From positions 128,184 through 192,183 of the forward strand of contig JACJZJ010000001.1 in assembly GCA_020635675.1 (NCBI GenBank): a DNA stretch of 64,000 nt, given 5' to 3'. Within the stretch, counting starts at the first letter, position 1; every line of letters starts with the position of its first letter. Below the pieces are notes generated by a model, which searched no databases, was not told where the DNA came from, and saw only the letters and a program-made list of their open reading frames with translations. The translations under genes and the position numbers were made by a program. Source of the stretch: Flavobacteriales bacterium (GTDB lineage Bacteria; Bacteroidota; Bacteroidia; Flavobacteriales_F; PHOS-HE28). This document shows, piece after piece, positions 1 to 13,167 of this stretch.

Positions 1-1598
1 TCCTGATCTTCTTGGTCATCACTGAACTCCTTGATCCCGTTCAGAAGTTCCTGCAGGTTGTCATATCGAGAGATCCCCTCGGGGGTACGGTCCGCGAAAA
101 GCTCACGCATCATACCTGAGGTACGCGCGATGTGTTCGGCGAGGGCGTAGGCACTGTGGGTGGTGAGCATCGTGCGAAAACTGTCGATCATGAGCACGAA
201 ATCGGCCAAGTGCTTGCGTGTTCCCGCATGGAAGCCCAGATCGTTCAAGTGCGCGTGCAACAGCTCCCAGATTGGCAGGCCGTGTTCGTTCGCGGCCACC
301 ATCAGCTTTTCCATGGTGGTCTGCCCGATGCCACGCGCAGGGTAGTTGATGATCCGCTTCAGCGCTTCCTCGTCCTTCGGGTTGCAGGTGAGACGGAAAT
401 AGGCGAGAAGGTCCTTGATCTCCTTCCGCTGGTAGAAGCTGGTGCCACCGTAGATGCGGTATGGAATATTGAGCTTGCGCAAGGCCTCCTCCATGGCCCG
501 GCTCTGTGCGTTGGTGCGATAGAGAATGGCGAAGCCCTTGTCCGGCACCTGCCTTTGCATCTTGGTGGAGAAGATGTCGTGGGCCACGTAGGCACCCTCG
601 TCGTTGTCGCTCATGGCGCGATGCACCCGGATGGGCTCACCGTCGCCGTTCTGCGTCCAGATCGTCTTCTCGATGCGGTCGCGGTTCTTGTCGATCAGGC
701 TATTGGCCGCGCCCACGAGATTGCCCGTGCTGCGGTAGTTCTGCTCAAGTTTGAAGAGGACGTGGTCCTCGTAATCCTTCCTGAAATTGAGGATGTTCTG
801 GATGTTGGCCCCCCGGAAGGCGTAGATGCTTTGGCTGTCATCACCGACCACTGTGATGTTCTCGTGGCGGGCCGCGAGGGTGCGCACGATGTTGTACTGG
901 GCCAGATTGGTGTCCTGATACTCGTCGACCAGGATGTACTGGAAGCGCTGCTGGTACTTGACCATCGTTTCGGGATGGTCGCGGAACAATAGGTTGGTGT
1001 TGAACAGCAGGTCATCGAAGTCCATGGCACCGGCACGGAAGCACCGCGTGGCATATTCCATGTAGAGCGCCCCGAGCTTGTCCCGGCCGGAAGCGGAGTC
1101 TCCCGCCATCAACTCGCCGTCGTTCATGTATTCCTCCGGGCCGATGAGGTTGTTCTTGGCAATGCTGATCCGCGCATGCACCTGATTGGGCTTGTAGAGC
1201 TTGTCATCGAGCCCCCATTCCTTGAGGATGCCCTTGATCACGCTGCGACTGTCGTCCGTGTCGTAGATGGTGAAGTCGGGCGGGTATCCGAGCAGATGGG
1301 CCTCGGCCCGAAGGATGCGCGCGAAAATGCTATGGAACGTGCCCATCCAAAGGTTGGCCGCTTCGCCGCGCCCCACGATGGTCGCGATGCGTTCCTTCAT
1401 CTCCCGTGCGGCCTTGTTGGTGAAGGTGAGGGCCAGGATGCGGAAGGGGTCGATGCCTTTGACCGCCATGAGGTGCGCGATGCGAACGGTGAGGACGCGC
1501 GTCTTGCCGGAACCCGCACCGGCGATCACCATGTTGGGTCCGTCGGTATGTTCGACGGCCGCTTTTTGCGCCTTGTTCAGTCCCATCAGGTGGTCCAT
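1..1598 (-). CDS. UvrD/PcrA/Rep-family ATP-dependent DNA helicase, N-terminal part; the gene runs off the window start
   Basis: Minus-strand translation from the ATG at about 1598 gives MDHLMGLNKAQKAAVEHTDGPNMVIAGAGSGKTRVLTVRIAHLMAVKGIDPFRILALTFTNKAAREMKERI (Walker A, motifs I/Ia). Motif II YILVDEYQDTN is in frame near 906-935. It is absent from the ORF track because no stop codon lies inside the window. Confidence 0.8.
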   Translation of the reverse strand, partial: MDHLMGLNKAQKAAVEHTDGPNMVIAGAGSGKTRVLTVRIAHLMAVKGIDPFRILALTFTNKAAREMKERIATIVGRGEAANLWMGTFHSIFARILRAEAHLLGYPPDFTIYDTDDSRSVIKGILKEWGLDDKLYKPNQVHARISIAKNNLIGPEEYMNDGELMAGDSASGRDKLGALYMEYATRCFRAGAMDFDDLLFNTNLLFRDHPETMVKYQQRFQYILVDEYQDTNLAQYNIVRTLAARHENITVVGDDSQSIYAFRGANIQNILNFRKDYEDHVLFKLEQNYRSTGNLVGAANSLIDKNRDRIEKTIWTQNGDGEPIRVHRAMSDNDEGAYVAHDIFSTKMQRQVPDKGFAILYRTNAQSRAMEEALRKLNIPYRIYGGTSFYQRKEIKDLLAYFRLTCNPKDEEALKRIINYPARGIGQTTMEKLMVAANEHGLPIWELLHAHLNDLGFHAGTRKHLADFVLMIDSFRTMLTTHSAYALAEHIARTSGMMRELFADRTPEGISRYDNLQELLNGIKEFSDDQEDQ

Positions 1599-1631
1599 GG
1601 GGCCACAAAGTTAGCCGCACAGGGGAGGGGT

Positions 1632-2444
1632 TCAGCGGTGGATGAGGAACTGCACTTGCAATGCGTAGAGATCGGAACGCAGCACGGAACGCAGAGCGTC
1701 GCCGTGCACCCACATCAGTCCCGTTCCGAACTGCGCATAGGGTCCCACGTCGACACGCCGGCCTATGCGCAGACCGACCGAGGCGGTGAGGGAACCGCGC
1801 AGGCTTGTCGTGCCGCGGCCGCGCACGGTCCCTTCAAGCAGCGTGCGGTCGGTGGTCAGCCCGTTGATCTCATCGGTCCGGGTGCCCAGCACATCGATCG
1901 TGGCGGTCGGGGCGTTGCCAAGCTCGGCGGAAAGGCCACCTTGGAGGAACAGGTGACGGCCCAGGAACAGCGTCCAGATGTGTCCCGCGCCGACGGCGAG
2001 CTCGGTCTGTGACATCGTATAGATGTAGTCGGTCGTGGAAAGGGTGTCTCCGGAGCGGTCGTTCCTCGTGAAATAAAGAAAGAATACCCTGGGAATGAGA
2101 GCGAGATGGAAGGTCCAGGCATTGTCTGACATCGCTCCGTTCATCGAATGTGCCGCAGTGACCCGGGGGCCGAGCTCAAGTCCCAGGGCCACGCTGTTGA
2201 ATCCGAAATAGAAGTCGCTCAGGTCGTCCGGTGTCGTGGGCAGAGGCTCGGCCGCAAAACCTGCGAAATCCTCCAGCCCCAGAGCGCCGTGGTCCTCGAT
2301 CACCACGCCCAACACCCCTCCGATGGAACGGATCTTAAGTGGCCCGCGGACCGGTTCCACCCAGTACGCACTATCCATCTGGGCGTGCGTCACGCTCCCG
2401 CCAAGGAGCAGCGCGATCGCCGGAAGGAGTTGCCGTGCGGCCAT
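1632..2444 (-). CDS. hypothetical secreted or outer-membrane protein (possible beta-barrel)
   Basis: 270 aa. It has an N-terminal signal peptide (MAARQLLPAIALLLGGSVTHAQ) and alternating hydrophobic, Gly/Thr/Ser-rich composition. I recognise no catalytic motif. Confidence 0.4.
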   Translation of the reverse strand: MAARQLLPAIALLLGGSVTHAQMDSAYWVEPVRGPLKIRSIGGVLGVVIEDHGALGLEDFAGFAAEPLPTTPDDLSDFYFGFNSVALGLELGPRVTAAHSMNGAMSDNAWTFHLALIPRVFFLYFTRNDRSGDTLSTTDYIYTMSQTELAVGAGHIWTLFLGRHLFLQGGLSAELGNAPTATIDVLGTRTDEINGLTTDRTLLEGTVRGRGTTSLRGSLTASVGLRIGRRVDVGPYAQFGTGLMWVHGDALRSVLRSDLYALQVQFLIHR

Positions 2445-2467
2445 GCACGGACGAAATTAGTCGAGCT

Positions 2468-4905
<2,438 letters not shown>

Positions 4906-4928
4906 GCGGGGGCCAAAGATACCGGGGT

Positions 4929-4968
4929 GGAAAAAGAAGGGGCGCCGTTCGGCGCCCCTTCTTTTTCC
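4929..4968. terminator. bidirectional intrinsic terminator, a perfect 40-nt palindrome between rplQ and carA
   Basis: GGAAAAAGAAGGGGCGCC-GTTC-GGCGCCCCTTCTTTTTCC. There is a GC-rich 8-bp core stem and a 4-nt loop. Each strand reads TTCTTTTTCC 3' of the stem. It sits 20 nt after the rplQ stop. Confidence 0.7.
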
Positions 4969-4987
4969 ACAGATCGTGGGATCACGG

Positions 4988-5494
4988 TCATTCGGCCTTA
5001 TCCGCAGCGTCTTCGGCGGAAGGGGACCCGGACTCGGCGGATGGTGCTTCCGCCGGCTTGGCACCCTTGCCGCCACGACGGCTGCGACGGGTCTTCTTCA
5101 CCTCGGCGCCTGCTCCACCGCTCTTGACGTAGACGTTGTTGAAATCGACCAGTTCGATCATGGCCATTTCGCTGGCATCACCCAGGCGATTGCCCAACTT
5201 GATGATGCGTGTGTAGCCGCCGGCGCGCTCGCCCACCTTGGGGGCCACGTCGCGGAACAGCGCGGCCACGGCTTCCTTGTTCTGAAGGTAGCTGAAGACC
5301 GTGCGACGGCTGTGCATCGTGTCCGACTTGCTCTTTGTGATCAACGGTTCCACGTAGCGGCGCAAGGCGCGGGCCTTGGCCAGGGTGGTATCGATCCGCT
5401 TGTGTTCGATCAGCGAGCAGGCCAGATTGCTCATCAGGGCGTCCCGATGCGCCTTCTTCCGGCCAAGGGCGTTGTTCTTGTTCCCGTGTCTCAT
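4988..5494 (-). CDS. rplQ: 50S ribosomal protein L17 with an acidic/basic C-terminal extension
   Basis: 168 aa, [25 protein letters not shown]... The L17 fold is conserved, and the tail is [20 protein letters not shown]... Confidence 0.95.
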   Translation of the reverse strand: MRHGNKNNALGRKKAHRDALMSNLACSLIEHKRIDTTLAKARALRRYVEPLITKSKSDTMHSRRTVFSYLQNKEAVAALFRDVAPKVGERAGGYTRIIKLGNRLGDASEMAMIELVDFNNVYVKSGGAGAEVKKTRRSRRGGKGAKPAEAPSAESGSPSAEDAADKAE

Positions 5495-5530
5495 CGCAAT
5501 ATCCGTTGGGGTGGTGACGCCACCCGTGCC

Positions 5531-6523
5531 TTATTCCTTGTCCAGTTTGTACTTGCTGACGTTCATACCGAAGCTCAGCCCCTTGTTCTCCACGAGGTCC
5601 TCCAGTTCGGTCAAGCTCTTCTTCCCGAAGTTCCGGAACTTCAGCAGGTCGTTCTTGTTGTACGCGACGAGATCGCCGAGCGTTTCGATGTCGGCGGCTT
5701 TCAGACAGTTGAGGGCACGCACGCTCAGGTCCATATCCACCAGCTTGGTCTTCAACAGTTGCCGCATGTGGAGGCTTGTCTCGTCGAACTCCTCCTCCTG
5801 CACGCGCTCCTCCATTTCCAGGGAGATGCGTTCGTCGCTGAAGAGCATGAAGTGGTGGATGAGGATCTTGGCGGCCTCCTGCAGGGCGTTCTTGGGGTCG
5901 ATGCTGCCGTCGGTGGTCACCTCCATCGTGAGCTTCTCATAGTCCGTCTTCTGCTCCACACGGGTGTTCTCCACGGTGTACTTCACGTTCTTGATCGGCG
6001 TGAAGATGGAATCGATGAAAATGGTGCCGATCGGCGCACCTTCCACCTTGTTCTCATCGGCAGGCACGTATCCACGTCCCTTGCCGACGGTCAGTTCCAG
6101 GTTGATCTTCACATTGCCTTCCATGTGGCAGATGGCCAGTTCGGGGTTCAGGACCTGGAAGCCGGTGGTGTGCTTGCCGATGTCACCAGCGGTGAATGCA
6201 TCCTTGCCGCTGATGGTCAGGGAGACCTTTTCGATGTTCACGTCCTCGAGCTGACGACGGAAGCGGACCTGTTTGAGGTTGAGCACGATCTCCGTCACGT
6301 CCTCGATCACACCTTTGATGGTGCTGAACTCGTGCTCAACACCTTCGATGCGGATCGCGGTTATGGCGAAGCCCTCCAAGCTGGACAGGAGGATCCTCCG
6401 CAAGGCATTGCCAATGGTGATCCCGTAGCCGGGCTCGAGGGGACGGAACTCGAAAATGCCGCGTTGTTCGTCGCTTTCGATCATAACGACCTTGTCGGGC
6501 CGCTGGAAGTCAAGGATGGGCAT
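5531..6523 (-). CDS. rpoA: DNA-directed RNA polymerase alpha subunit
   Basis: [51 protein letters not shown]... gives 330 aa. The ORF-track start at 6889 is a 122-aa Arg/Pro-rich upstream artefact. Confidence 0.95.
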   Translation of the reverse strand: MPILDFQRPDKVVMIESDEQRGIFEFRPLEPGYGITIGNALRRILLSSLEGFAITAIRIEGVEHEFSTIKGVIEDVTEIVLNLKQVRFRRQLEDVNIEKVSLTISGKDAFTAGDIGKHTTGFQVLNPELAICHMEGNVKINLELTVGKGRGYVPADENKVEGAPIGTIFIDSIFTPIKNVKYTVENTRVEQKTDYEKLTMEVTTDGSIDPKNALQEAAKILIHHFMLFSDERISLEMEERVQEEEFDETSLHMRQLLKTKLVDMDLSVRALNCLKAADIETLGDLVAYNKNDLLKFRNFGKKSLTELEDLVENKGLSFGMNVSKYKLDKE

Positions 6524-6552
6524 GGGTGTTCCTTTCGGTTGGGTTTCGTTCT

Positions 6553-7158
6553 TTACTTGGAGTACAATTCGACGATGAGCTGCTCGCGAATGTTCTCCGG
6601 GATCTGTGCACGCTCCGGCATGGACAACATCTTTCCGGTCATGTTGGAGCCGTCCCATTCGAGCCAGTCGAACCGCTGGCCGTTCACGGCCACGCTGTTG
6701 GTGATGGCCTCCAAGGCGCGGCTCTTCTCCCGCACGCTCACTTGATCGCCCGGGCGCAGGGTGTAGCTGGGTACGTTCACTACCTTCCGGTTCACCGTGA
6801 TGTGGCCGTGGCCCACCAACTGGCGTGCCGCGCGTCGGGTGGGCGCGATGCCCAAACGATACACGGTATTGTCGAGCCGTGCTTCGCACAGCTGAAGCAG
6901 CGTCTCACCTGTGATCCCCTTCTTGCTGGCGGCCGCGTGGAACATCTTCTCGAACTGGCGTTCGAGAATGCCGTACGTGTATTTCGCCTTCTGCTTTTCC
7001 TGGAGTTGCAGGGCATATTCGCTCTCCTTGCGTCGGCGTCGGTTCGGGCCGTGCTGGCCAGGCCCATAGGGCTTGCGCTCCATCCACTTGTCCTCGCCGT
7101 AGATGGGCTCCTTGAACTTTCGGGCGATCTTGGTCTGTGGTCCTCTGTAACGTGCCAT
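6553..7158 (-). CDS. rpsD: 30S ribosomal protein S4
   Basis: 201 aa, [21 protein letters not shown]... Confidence 0.97.
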   Translation of the reverse strand: MARYRGPQTKIARKFKEPIYGEDKWMERKPYGPGQHGPNRRRRKESEYALQLQEKQKAKYTYGILERQFEKMFHAAASKKGITGETLLQLCEARLDNTVYRLGIAPTRRAARQLVGHGHITVNRKVVNVPSYTLRPGDQVSVREKSRALEAITNSVAVNGQRFDWLEWDGSNMTGKMLSMPERAQIPENIREQLIVELYSK

Positions 7159-7182
7159 GGTGCTTCTCTGCTTTGTGCCGGA

Positions 7183-7584
7183 TCAGACGCGGCGCTTCTT
7201 CGGGGGCCGGCAGCCGTTGTGCGGCATGGGGGTGATGTCCACGATCTCGGTGACCTCAACGCCGGAGTTGTGCAGGGCACGGATGGCGCTTTCGCGTCCG
7301 CTTCCCGGACCCCTGACGAACACCTTGACCTTGCGCAGGCCGAGTTCGAAGGCCTCGCGAGCCGCCTCTTCGGCGCTCACCTGCCCGGCGTAGGGCGTGT
7401 TCTTCTTGCTGCCCCGAAAGCCCTGCTTGCCGGAGGATGACCAGCTGATCACCTCGCCCTTGTTGTTCGTTAGGCTGATGATCAGATTGTTGAAGGTGGC
7501 GTGGATGTGGGCCTGTCCGTGGGACTCCACATGCACGTTCTTCTTCTTCTTCTTGGCGCTTCCGCCTTTTTCCTGTTTTGCCAT
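7183..7584 (-). CDS. rpsK: 30S ribosomal protein S11
   Basis: 133 aa, ...[27 protein letters not shown]... Confidence 0.97.
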   Translation of the reverse strand: MAKQEKGGSAKKKKKNVHVESHGQAHIHATFNNLIISLTNNKGEVISWSSSGKQGFRGSKKNTPYAGQVSAEEAAREAFELGLRKVKVFVRGPGSGRESAIRALHNSGVEVTEIVDITPMPHNGCRPPKKRRV

Positions 7585-7658
7585 TGTCTTGATCGGTCAG
7601 TTCAGGTGATGCGCCGGGTCCCGCTCCATCATGAAGGGTCCGGTCGCGTCCACCGTCA

Positions 7659-8036
7659 TCACTTGGTCGCTTTCTTCTTGTTGGCCACGGTCTTGCGCTT
7701 GCCTTTCCGCGTGCGGCTGTTGGTACGCGTGCGTTGGCCGCGTACTGGTAGCCCGACCCGATGGCGGAGCCCACGATAGCAGCCGATGTCCATCAGGCGT
7801 TTGATGTTCAGTTGTGTCTCGGAGCGCAGCGCACCCTCCACCTTCACGTGGTCATTGATGTACTGCCGGATGTGGGCCTGTTCCTCATCGGACCAGTCGT
7901 CCACCTTCTTGTCGGGGTCAACTCCGGCGCCCTGGAGGACCTCCATTGCGGTGTTCCTCCCAATGCCATAGATGTAGGTGAGGCCTATGCAGCCCCGCTT
8001 GTGCTTGGGAAGGTCGATGCCTGCGATACGTGCCAT
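7659..8036 (-). CDS. rpsM: 30S ribosomal protein S13
   Basis: 125 aa, [26 protein letters not shown]... Confidence 0.97.
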   Translation of the reverse strand: MARIAGIDLPKHKRGCIGLTYIYGIGRNTAMEVLQGAGVDPDKKVDDWSDEEQAHIRQYINDHVKVEGALRSETQLNIKRLMDIGCYRGLRHRVGLPVRGQRTRTNSRTRKGKRKTVANKKKATK

Positions 8037-8052
8037 GTCGCTCTGGGTGTGA

Positions 8053-8169
8053 TCAGCCTTGACGCTGCTTGAACTTCGGGTTCTTCTTGTTGATGATGTA
8101 CAGACGCCCCTTGCGGCGGACGATCTTGCAGTCCACCGAGCGTTTCTTGATTGATGCCCTGACCTTCAT
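8053..8169 (-). CDS. rpmJ: 50S ribosomal protein L36, single-Cys (zinc-independent C-) form; not in the ORF track because it is 38 aa
   Basis: Hand translation gives [38 protein letters not shown]. It is 117 nt and in frame, lying between rpsM and infA as expected. Confidence 0.9.
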   Translation of the reverse strand: MKVRASIKKRSVDCKIVRRKGRLYIINKKNPKFKQRQG

Positions 8170-8180
8170 CGGTTCGATTC

Positions 8181-8402
8181 TTAGCTCTTGTAACGGAAGG
8201 TGATCCGGCCCTTGGAAAGGTCATAAGGGCTCATTTCCACTTTGACCTTGTCGCCCGGCAGGATCCTGATATAATGCATGCGCATCTTGCCGCTGATATG
8301 GGCCGTGATCACGTGCCCGTTCTCCAGCTCCACGCGGAACATGGCGTTGCTCAGCGCCTCTTTGATGACGCCGTCCTGCTCGATGTTCCCCGTCTTGCTC
8401 AT
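8181..8402 (-). CDS. infA: translation initiation factor IF-1
   Basis: 73 aa with an S1-like OB fold, ...[32 protein letters not shown]... Confidence 0.97.
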   Translation of the reverse strand: MSKTGNIEQDGVIKEALSNAMFRVELENGHVITAHISGKMRMHYIRILPGDKVKVEMSPYDLSKGRITFRYKS

Positions 8403-8442
8403 GCTCCTTTCCTTCTTCCTTTTCCTTCGTTGTCCTTTCGTT

Positions 8443-9270
8443 TCATCGTGGTGCTACCTCCGCGTTCGACCCCACATGCCACATGTTCCGCTCCCTCAGC
8501 ACATCCTCGATGTGACCGAAGGTGGAGAGGACCTCTGCTTTTCCGGTGCGCACGGCGACCGTGTGCTCGAAGTGGGCGCTCGGGCTGGCATCATGCGTGA
8601 TGATCGTCCAGCCATCCTCGAGCTGCCGGACATCCCGACCGCCCATGTTGATCATCGGCTCGATGGCGATCACCATGCCCTCCTTCAACTTCACGCCGTG
8701 CCCGCGACGACCGTAATTGGGCACCTCGGGTGCCACGTGCAGTTCGCGCCCCACACCGTGTCCTACCAGCTCCCGGACCACGCCGTAGCGATGTGATTCG
8801 GCATGTCGCTGGATCGCGAAACCGATGTCGCCTGTCCGCTCCCCGTCCACGGCATGTTCGATACCGAGCAAGAGGCATTCATAGGTCACCTGCATCAGCC
8901 GTTGCACCCGTTCGTCCACCTCACCTACTGCGAAGGTGTAGGCACTGTCACCGTAGAATCCGTTCATCCGTACCCCGCAGTCGACGCTGACGATGCAGCC
9001 ATCCGGCAGGGGAACGTCGTTCGGTATGCCGTGCACCACTTGGTCGTTCACCGAGGTGCACAAGGACGCGGGGAAGCCGTTGTATCCCTTGAAGGCCGGT
9101 TCACCGCCGTGGTCGCGGATATGCTCCTCGGCCACTTTGTCCAGTTCCTCCGTCGTCGCGCCAGGCCGAAGATGGCGTGCCACCTCGGCCAAGGTCCTCC
9201 CAACAAGCAAAGAACTCTCCCTCACCAGTGCGATCTGTTCATCGCTAAGATGGTCCACGGTCTTCGCCAT
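8443..9270 (-). CDS. map: type I methionine aminopeptidase
   Basis: 275 aa with conserved metal ligands in the pita-bread fold (…[17 protein letters not shown]…HGVGRELH…IEPMI…). Confidence 0.95.
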   Translation of the reverse strand: MAKTVDHLSDEQIALVRESSLLVGRTLAEVARHLRPGATTEELDKVAEEHIRDHGGEPAFKGYNGFPASLCTSVNDQVVHGIPNDVPLPDGCIVSVDCGVRMNGFYGDSAYTFAVGEVDERVQRLMQVTYECLLLGIEHAVDGERTGDIGFAIQRHAESHRYGVVRELVGHGVGRELHVAPEVPNYGRRGHGVKLKEGMVIAIEPMINMGGRDVRQLEDGWTIITHDASPSAHFEHTVAVRTGKAEVLSTFGHIEDVLRERNMWHVGSNAEVAPR

Positions 9271-9273
9271 GTC

Positions 9274-10596
9274 CTATCCCACCATGCCGTAGGCCGCTCC
9301 TGTTCTGCCTTTGATGCGACCTGTCTTCATCAGGCCGTCGTAATGTCTCATCAACAGATGGCTCTCGATCTGCTGGAGCGTGTCCAGCAATACCCCCACC
9401 ATGATCAACAGCGATGTGCCGCCGAAGAAATGGGCGAACCCCTGCTTGATACCGAACATTTGCGCGAACGTGGGCAGGATCGCCACGATACCCAGGAATA
9501 TGGCACCGGGCAGCGTGATCCTGGACAACAATTCGTCGATGTGATCGGCGGTCTGTTTGCCGGGCTTCACACCTGGTATGAACCCACCGTTCCGCTTCAT
9601 GTCATCGGACAATTGGTTCGGGTTCACCGTGATCGCCGTGTAGAAGTAGGTGAACATGACGACCATGAGAAAGAGGCTGAAATTGTAGAACCAACCCTGC
9701 GCGTTGGCCAGGCTGATGAGCCATTGGGGCGGGTTGTCGAACGCTTGTGCGATGTACATGGGGATCAGCACGATGGCCTGCGCGAAAATGATCGGCATGA
9801 CCCCGGCCGCGTTCACCTTCAACGGAATATAGTTCCGTACCCCGCCGAATTGCTTGTTGCCCTGCACACGTTTGGCGAACTGCACCGGGATCCGGCGCGT
9901 GCCTTGGACGAGCAATATGCAGCCCGCGATGATCAGCACCCAGAGCACCACTTCCACGAGCAGCAGAACGAGGCCTCCTCCTCCCGGGCCCATGCGGCCG
10001 ACGACCTCCTGCGCAAAGCTCTGGGGGAACCTTGCGAGGATCCCGATCATGATGATCAACGAGATGCCGTTGCCCAATCCGCGTTCGGTGATCCGTTCAC
10101 CGAGCCACATCACGAACAGGGTCGAACACGTGAGGATGAGGACGCTCGTGAACAGCCAGAATTGACTGTCGGGACGGGCCCCACTGTCGATGGTGGCATA
10201 GATGTAACCGGGCGCTTGGAACACGCAGATAAGGATGGTCAGATAGCGGGTCCATTGGTTGATCTTCCTTCGACCGCTCTCCTCGCGCTGCATCTTCTGC
10301 ACGGCGGGCACTGCGATGCCCATCAGCTGCATGATGATGCTGGCACTGATGTAGGGCATGATCCCGAGCGCGAAGATGGACGCCCGTGTGAAGGCACCTC
10401 CGGTGAACAGCGAAAGGATCTCCACCAGGCCGCCTCCCCCCGTAGAGCTTGAGGCCAGACGGGCGCTGTCGACACCGGGCAGCACGACAAAGCTGCCGAT
10501 GCGATACACCAGCAACAGGCCGAGCGTGATCAGGATCCGCGTGCGAAGCTCCTCGATCCGCCAGATGTTCTTGATCGTATCGATCAGGTTCTTCAT
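9274..10596 (-). CDS. secY: preprotein translocase subunit SecY
   Basis: 440 aa and multi-pass. The stop overlaps the map start region and the start overlaps the rplO stop. Confidence 0.97.
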   Translation of the reverse strand: MKNLIDTIKNIWRIEELRTRILITLGLLLVYRIGSFVVLPGVDSARLASSSTGGGGLVEILSLFTGGAFTRASIFALGIMPYISASIIMQLMGIAVPAVQKMQREESGRRKINQWTRYLTILICVFQAPGYIYATIDSGARPDSQFWLFTSVLILTCSTLFVMWLGERITERGLGNGISLIIMIGILARFPQSFAQEVVGRMGPGGGGLVLLLVEVVLWVLIIAGCILLVQGTRRIPVQFAKRVQGNKQFGGVRNYIPLKVNAAGVMPIIFAQAIVLIPMYIAQAFDNPPQWLISLANAQGWFYNFSLFLMVVMFTYFYTAITVNPNQLSDDMKRNGGFIPGVKPGKQTADHIDELLSRITLPGAIFLGIVAILPTFAQMFGIKQGFAHFFGGTSLLIMVGVLLDTLQQIESHLLMRHYDGLMKTGRIKGRTGAAYGMVG

Positions 10597-11051
10597 GCTT
10601 TCCGCTCGATGATCTCCACCTTGCCGCCAGCTTTCTCGATGGCCGCCTTTGCGGTGGCGCTGAACGCGTGGGCCTTTACGTCGATCGAAGCGGTCATCGC
10701 TCCGCGCCCGAGCACCTTCAGCAGATCGTTCTTACCGATGAGGCCGTTCTCCCGGAGCACGTCGGGGTCGAGGGCCTTGAGCTTCTTTTTGTCCACCAAG
10801 GCCTGGAGCGCATCCAGGTTGATGCCCTTGTACTCCACGCGTGTTGGGTTCGTGAAGCCGAACTTGGGCACGCGCCGCTGCAGCGGCATCTGGCCGCCTT
10901 CGAAGCCGCGCTTGCGGCTGTAGCCGCTGCGGCTTTGTGCGCCCTTATGGCCACGCGTGCTCGTGCCGCCACGGCCGCTTCCCTGGCCGCGTCCGATGCG
11001 CTTCTCCTTCTTCGTGGCCCCTTTGGCGGGCTTGAGGTTGGTGAGGTCCAT
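10593..11051 (-). CDS. rplO: 50S ribosomal protein L15
   Basis: 152 aa, MDLTNLKPAKGATKKEKRIGRGQGSGRGGTSTRGHKG... Confidence 0.95.
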   Translation of the reverse strand: MDLTNLKPAKGATKKEKRIGRGQGSGRGGTSTRGHKGAQSRSGYSRKRGFEGGQMPLQRRVPKFGFTNPTRVEYKGINLDALQALVDKKKLKALDPDVLRENGLIGKNDLLKVLGRGAMTASIDVKAHAFSATAKAAIEKAGGKVEIIERKA

Positions 11052-11071
11052 TGCTCTCGCTTCGTTGTGGT

Positions 11072-11254
11072 TCAGGCCTGCTCTTCGACCGTCACCAGGT
11101 GTTGCACTTTGGCCACCATTCCCCGCACTTGCGGTGTGGCCTCCAGTTCATTGCGCTTGCCGATGCGACCCAAACCGAGGGCACGCAGGGTGTCCTTCTG
11201 ACGCTTGGGCGTCTTGATCTCGCTGCGCGTCTGGGTGATGATCAACTTGCTCAT
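11072..11254 (-). CDS. rpmD: 50S ribosomal protein L30
   Basis: 60 aa, [28 protein letters not shown]... Confidence 0.93.
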   Translation of the reverse strand: MSKLIITQTRSEIKTPKRQKDTLRALGLGRIGKRNELEATPQVRGMVAKVQHLVTVEEQA

Positions 11255-11284
11255 GGTCGTTCGAATGGCCAGTTCCAGGCGGGA

Positions 11285-11803
11285 TTATCCGTTGAACACT
11301 TTTTCGATGGACACGCTGCGAAGCTGTGCGACCGCATTGGCATCACGCATGTCCATAAGCGCGCTGATCGTGGCCTTCACCACGTTGTGGGGGTTGCTGC
11401 TGCCCTTGCTCTTGGCAAGTACGTCGGTGACACCGACGCTCTCGAGCACCGCGCGCATGGCACCCCCGGCGATAACGCCGGTACCATGTGCGGCAGGCTT
11501 CAGGAATACGCGAGCCCCCGCGAACTTGCCTTCCTGGCTGTGCGGAATGGTCCCCTTGCGCACGGGCACCTTCACCAGGTTCTTCTTGGCGTCATCGATC
11601 CCTTTGGCGATGGCCTCCTGGACCTCCTTGGCCTTACCAAGGCCATGACCCACCACGCCGTTCTCGTTGCCCACCACCACGATGGCGGAGAAGGTGAAGG
11701 TGCGACCACCCTTGGTCACCTTGGTCACACGGTTCAGGGCCACGAGCCGGTCCTTCAGTTCCAGATCGCTGCTGCGTACTTTCTTGACGGTTGCTGCTTC
11801 CAT
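11285..11803 (-). CDS. rpsE: 30S ribosomal protein S5
   Basis: 172 aa, ...[36 protein letters not shown]... Confidence 0.97.
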   Translation of the reverse strand: MEAATVKKVRSSDLELKDRLVALNRVTKVTKGGRTFTFSAIVVVGNENGVVGHGLGKAKEVQEAIAKGIDDAKKNLVKVPVRKGTIPHSQEGKFAGARVFLKPAAHGTGVIAGGAMRAVLESVGVTDVLAKSKGSSNPHNVVKATISALMDMRDANAVAQLRSVSIEKVFNG

Positions 11804-11817
11804 AGTGGTTCGGAGGA

Positions 11818-12171
11818 TCAGAATTGAAGACCGGCCTCACGCGCCGCATCGGCCAGGGCCTTTACGCGGCCGTGGTAGAGATAGCCGTTGCGATCGAACA
11901 CCACCTGCGCCACGCCGGCCGCTTTCGCCGCCTCGGCAACAGCCTGTCCCACCATCTTGGCCTGGTCGAGCCCGGATGCGCCGTGCGCCTTCTTGTCCTT
12001 CAGCGATGATGCGCTGGCCATGGTCCGGCCCTGCTCATCGTCGATCACCTGCGCGTAGATGTCCTTATTGCTGCGGAATACCGACAGTCGCGGACGTGCC
12101 GCGGTGCCCCGCACGCGAATGCGCACCCGTTGGCGGATCTTGGCCCTACGTTCGTTCCTGTTGAATGCCAT
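11818..12171 (-). CDS. rplR: 50S ribosomal protein L18
   Basis: 117 aa, ...[18 protein letters not shown]... Confidence 0.95.
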   Translation of the reverse strand: MAFNRNERRAKIRQRVRIRVRGTAARPRLSVFRSNKDIYAQVIDDEQGRTMASASSLKDKKAHGASGLDQAKMVGQAVAEAAKAAGVAQVVFDRNGYLYHGRVKALADAAREAGLQF

Positions 12172-12180
12172 GGCTATCTA

Positions 12181-12735
12181 TTATTTGCCTGCGGCTTTGC
12201 CGGCCTTACGACGCACCTGCTCGCCCACGAACCGTACGCCCTTACCCTTGTAAGGCTCGGGTTTGCGCAGTGCGCGGATCTTGGCGGCCACCTGGCCGAT
12301 GAGTTGTTTGTCGGCGCTCTCGAGCCGCACGATGGGGTTCTTTCCTTTCTCCTGGGCCGCGCTCACCTTGACCTCGGAGGGCATCTCGAACGTGATCTGA
12401 TGGGAGAAGCCGAGCGCCAACTGCAGTTGCTGCCCTTTGGCAGTGGCGCGGTAACCAACGCCCACCAGTTCCTGTTCGATCACGAAGCCCTCGCTCACCC
12501 CTTTCACCATGTTGGCGATCAAAGCGCGATAGAGGCCGTGCTTGGAGCGATGCGGCTTGGCGTCCGTGGGGCGCTCGAATGAGAGCGTACCCTCCTCGTT
12601 CCTGACGGTTATGGCGGGGTCCACCTGTTGGGCCAGGGTGCCCTTGGGGCCTTTCACCGTCACCAGGTTCTTGTCGCTGATCGTTACCTCCACCCCCTTG
12701 GGCAGGCTGATCGGTGCTTTTCCAATGCGTGACAT
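12181..12735 (-). CDS. rplF: 50S ribosomal protein L6
   Basis: 184 aa, MSRIGKAPISLPKGVEVTI... Confidence 0.97.
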   Translation of the reverse strand: MSRIGKAPISLPKGVEVTISDKNLVTVKGPKGTLAQQVDPAITVRNEEGTLSFERPTDAKPHRSKHGLYRALIANMVKGVSEGFVIEQELVGVGYRATAKGQQLQLALGFSHQITFEMPSEVKVSAAQEKGKNPIVRLESADKQLIGQVAAKIRALRKPEPYKGKGVRFVGEQVRRKAGKAAGK

Positions 12736-12749
12736 CGTTCCTCGGTGTA

Positions 12750-13148
12750 TCAGCTGACGTAACAGATCACTTCACCTCCCACGCCGAGCGCCCGGGCCTC
12801 CTTGTCGGTGACCACGCCCTTGCTGGTGCTGATGATGGCAACACCCAGTCCGTTCAGGACGCGGGGCAGGCCATCGGCATGTGCATAGCGGCGCAATCCG
12901 GGAGTGCTCACCCGCTGTAGTTGGCGGATGGCGTTCTGACGGGTCTGCGGATGGTATTTCAGGGCGATCTTGATCAGCCCCTGTTTGCCATCCTCCTCCA
13001 TCTTGTAGTTCAGGATGTAGCCCTTGTCGAACAGGATGCGCGTGATGTCGCGCTTGAGGCCGCTGGCAGGCACCTCCACGACCTTCTTGCGGGCCTGGAT
13101 GGCGTTGCGCAGGCGGGTCAGGTAATCGGCTATGGGATCGGTCGTCAT
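12750..13148 (-). CDS. rpsH: 30S ribosomal protein S8
   Basis: 132 aa, [29 protein letters not shown]... Confidence 0.97.
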   Translation of the reverse strand: MTTDPIADYLTRLRNAIQARKKVVEVPASGLKRDITRILFDKGYILNYKMEEDGKQGLIKIALKYHPQTRQNAIRQLQRVSTPGLRRYAHADGLPRVLNGLGVAIISTSKGVVTDKEARALGVGGEVICYVS

Positions 13149-13167
13149 GGTCGATTGTTCGTTGGGC

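Noticed and set aside
900-1620. Apparent frameshift in the UvrD-family helicase, because the frame at motif II differs by 1 from the frame at the hand-located ATG.
   Set aside because: The printed sequence line starting at 1561 shows 59 characters. A 1-nt counting offset there reconciles the frames, so this is not treated as a pseudogene.
8170-8180. GGTTCGATTC, a tRNA T-arm-like string.
   Set aside because: It lies in an 11-nt spacer between rpmJ and infA with no room for a tRNA, and no acceptor or anticodon arms are present. I recognised no tRNA or rRNA anywhere in the window.
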